Positions 62,839-64,000 of a stretch of 64,000 nucleotides of DNA are shown here, one piece after another. Source of the stretch: Zygnema circumcarinatum SAG 698-1b (taxonomy: Eukaryota > Plantae > Zygnematophyceae); NCBI GenBank assembly GCA_037447605.1, contig CM074804.1:5743909-5807908 (forward strand), in the 5' to 3' direction. The notes beneath the pieces were generated by a model. The model was not told where the DNA came from, did no database searches, and worked only from the letters and a program-made list of their open reading frames with translations. The translations under genes were made by a program, and so were the position numbers. The number at the start of each line of letters is the position of its first letter. Position 1 is the stretch's first letter.

Positions 62839-63221
62839 TTGTCAAAGATTAATTTAATGGAAATGGGGTATAGTTGCCGCGAGTCTGACGTTGCCACGTG
62901 GCGCGTGCTGATTGGTTGTGCGTTTCGTTGGATCGAATGCGCAGAAAATGGGGTATATCGCGTTCCCATTCTGTCATTGCCACGGGTCGTTTTCTACGTA
63001 CGACAGCGTTCGATTTTGATGTTTTATGTGGCGTACGGATTCGGTTAGGTTGTCAAAGATGGATTTAATGAAAATGGGGTATAGTTGCCGCGAGTCTGAC
63101 GTTGCCACGTCGCGCGTCCTGATTGGTTGTGCGTTTCGTTGGATCGAATGCGCAGAAAATGGGGTATATCGCGTTCCCATTCTGTCATTGCCACGTGTCG
63201 TTTTCTATGTACGACAGCGCT
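62839..63221. repeat. Two direct copies of a ~172-bp block at a 211-bp period, carrying G-box and CCAAT (ATTGG) motifs
   Basis: gttgtcaaagat...gtacgacagcg at ~62839-63010 and ~63050-63221, near-identical. Confidence 0.85.
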
Positions 63222-63549
63222 CGTTTTGAATGTTTTACGGGACGTATTGTTGTAAATAGGGTATGTGTCGCAGCATGTTTAAAGTGGCCACGTGGTGCAT
63301 TCTAATTGGTTAAGTCGCACCTCGCGCAACTGAACAGAACACAATATTAAACAGCTTATGTGTTCGATCAGTTTCCGTTTCAGTTCACTTCACATAATTA
63401 AGGTTCGAAGACATTTCTATAAAAAGGCAACGCACGAGGATCTTGATCCGCAGCCTGTTGTTTTGTTGAGGGAAAGAAATATCTGCCAGCCCGAATCCGC
63501 TCGAAGTGGAAGATCCGTCCGCCACGAGATCGGTTGCGGGTGTCCGTCC

Positions 63550-63992
63550 TTCACACGTGTGTGTCAATCGCAGCTGTCGATTCCCTCGCAGATCGCATCA
63601 CTACAGGTCACCGTTCGATCTGCAGCCGGGCTCGATCTTAGCGAATGGAAAGCGCCCACGAGTCCCGTCAAAGCCGAATCGCTCGTGCGAGTGCACGCGT
63701 CCATCGGCCCGAGATCTCGTCATTGTTAGCTTCCAGCCAATCAACATCTGCCACGTCTTACATTTTTTACGTGGAAAATTTTGATTGGTCCAAGCTCTGA
63801 ATGTACGAAATTTTGGGTTCCTCAAAGTTGCGATCGTACGACATTTGTACGGACAAACGTTTGAGGCGACTTTGCCGGGATACGTGGGCACGTGCCATTC
63901 CCTGTGACCGAGCCCGGCTGCAGATCAAATAGTGATCTGCCGTGTTGCGATCTGCGAGGGAATCGACGGCTGCGATTGACCGCACGCGTGAA
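63550..63992. mobile_element. MITE-like foldback element with ~125-bp imperfect inverted arms
   Basis: Arms ~63550-63676 and ~63867-63992 (gtcaatcgcagc-gtcgattccctcgcagatcgca...gatctgcagccgggctcg) are reverse complements. No TSD seen. Confidence 0.65.
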
Positions 63993-64000
63993 AAGAAATT

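Noticed and set aside
1-64000. tRNA, rRNA or snRNA genes
   Set aside because: No cloverleaf with A/B boxes and no rRNA or snRNA signature was recognised by eye. A tRNAscan-SE or Infernal/Rfam search would be needed to exclude them.

Overview
Eukaryotic nuclear DNA, gene-dense and intron-rich, with GC-rich first exons and promoters. The gene content (APR, SCPL, phytocyanin, CYP86-clan P450, plant-type NDUFA7) points to a streptophyte, probably a charophyte-grade alga; this is inference. About 14 protein-coding units are supported by hand-spliced translations: the 3' part of TOP2, SCPL, ATG18b-like, an intronless orphan zinc-ribbon protein, a prokaryote-type aldo/keto reductase, APR, NDUFA7 (B14.5a), an ABC1 kinase, a stellacyanin-type phytocyanin/AGP, S1P lyase DPL1, F-box protein FBP7, a 71-aa spliced micro-ORF, NRPB4 and a CYP86-clan P450. 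An accessory block at ~25.4-33 kb holds a truncated CRE-clade (restriction-like endonuclease) retrotransposon. Several of its 3' ends sit inside an AACCATT/AATGGTT palindromic repeat family, next to a 1-kb (GAG)n poly-Glu ORF. A Mutator-like non-autonomous element with an 8-bp TSD and further repeats fill the last 3 kb. The most striking lead is the micro-ORF, which appears spliced into the FBP7 leader. This suggests a bicistronic/uORF transcript, with a possible exon-skipping fusion isoform. Other leads are an APR intron bounded by an 18-bp direct repeat, dense GTAC (SBP/CuRE-like) clusters and a tandem G-box array upstream of DPL1. No tRNA, rRNA or CRISPR array was recognised. All exon boundaries were read by eye, without alignment tools.
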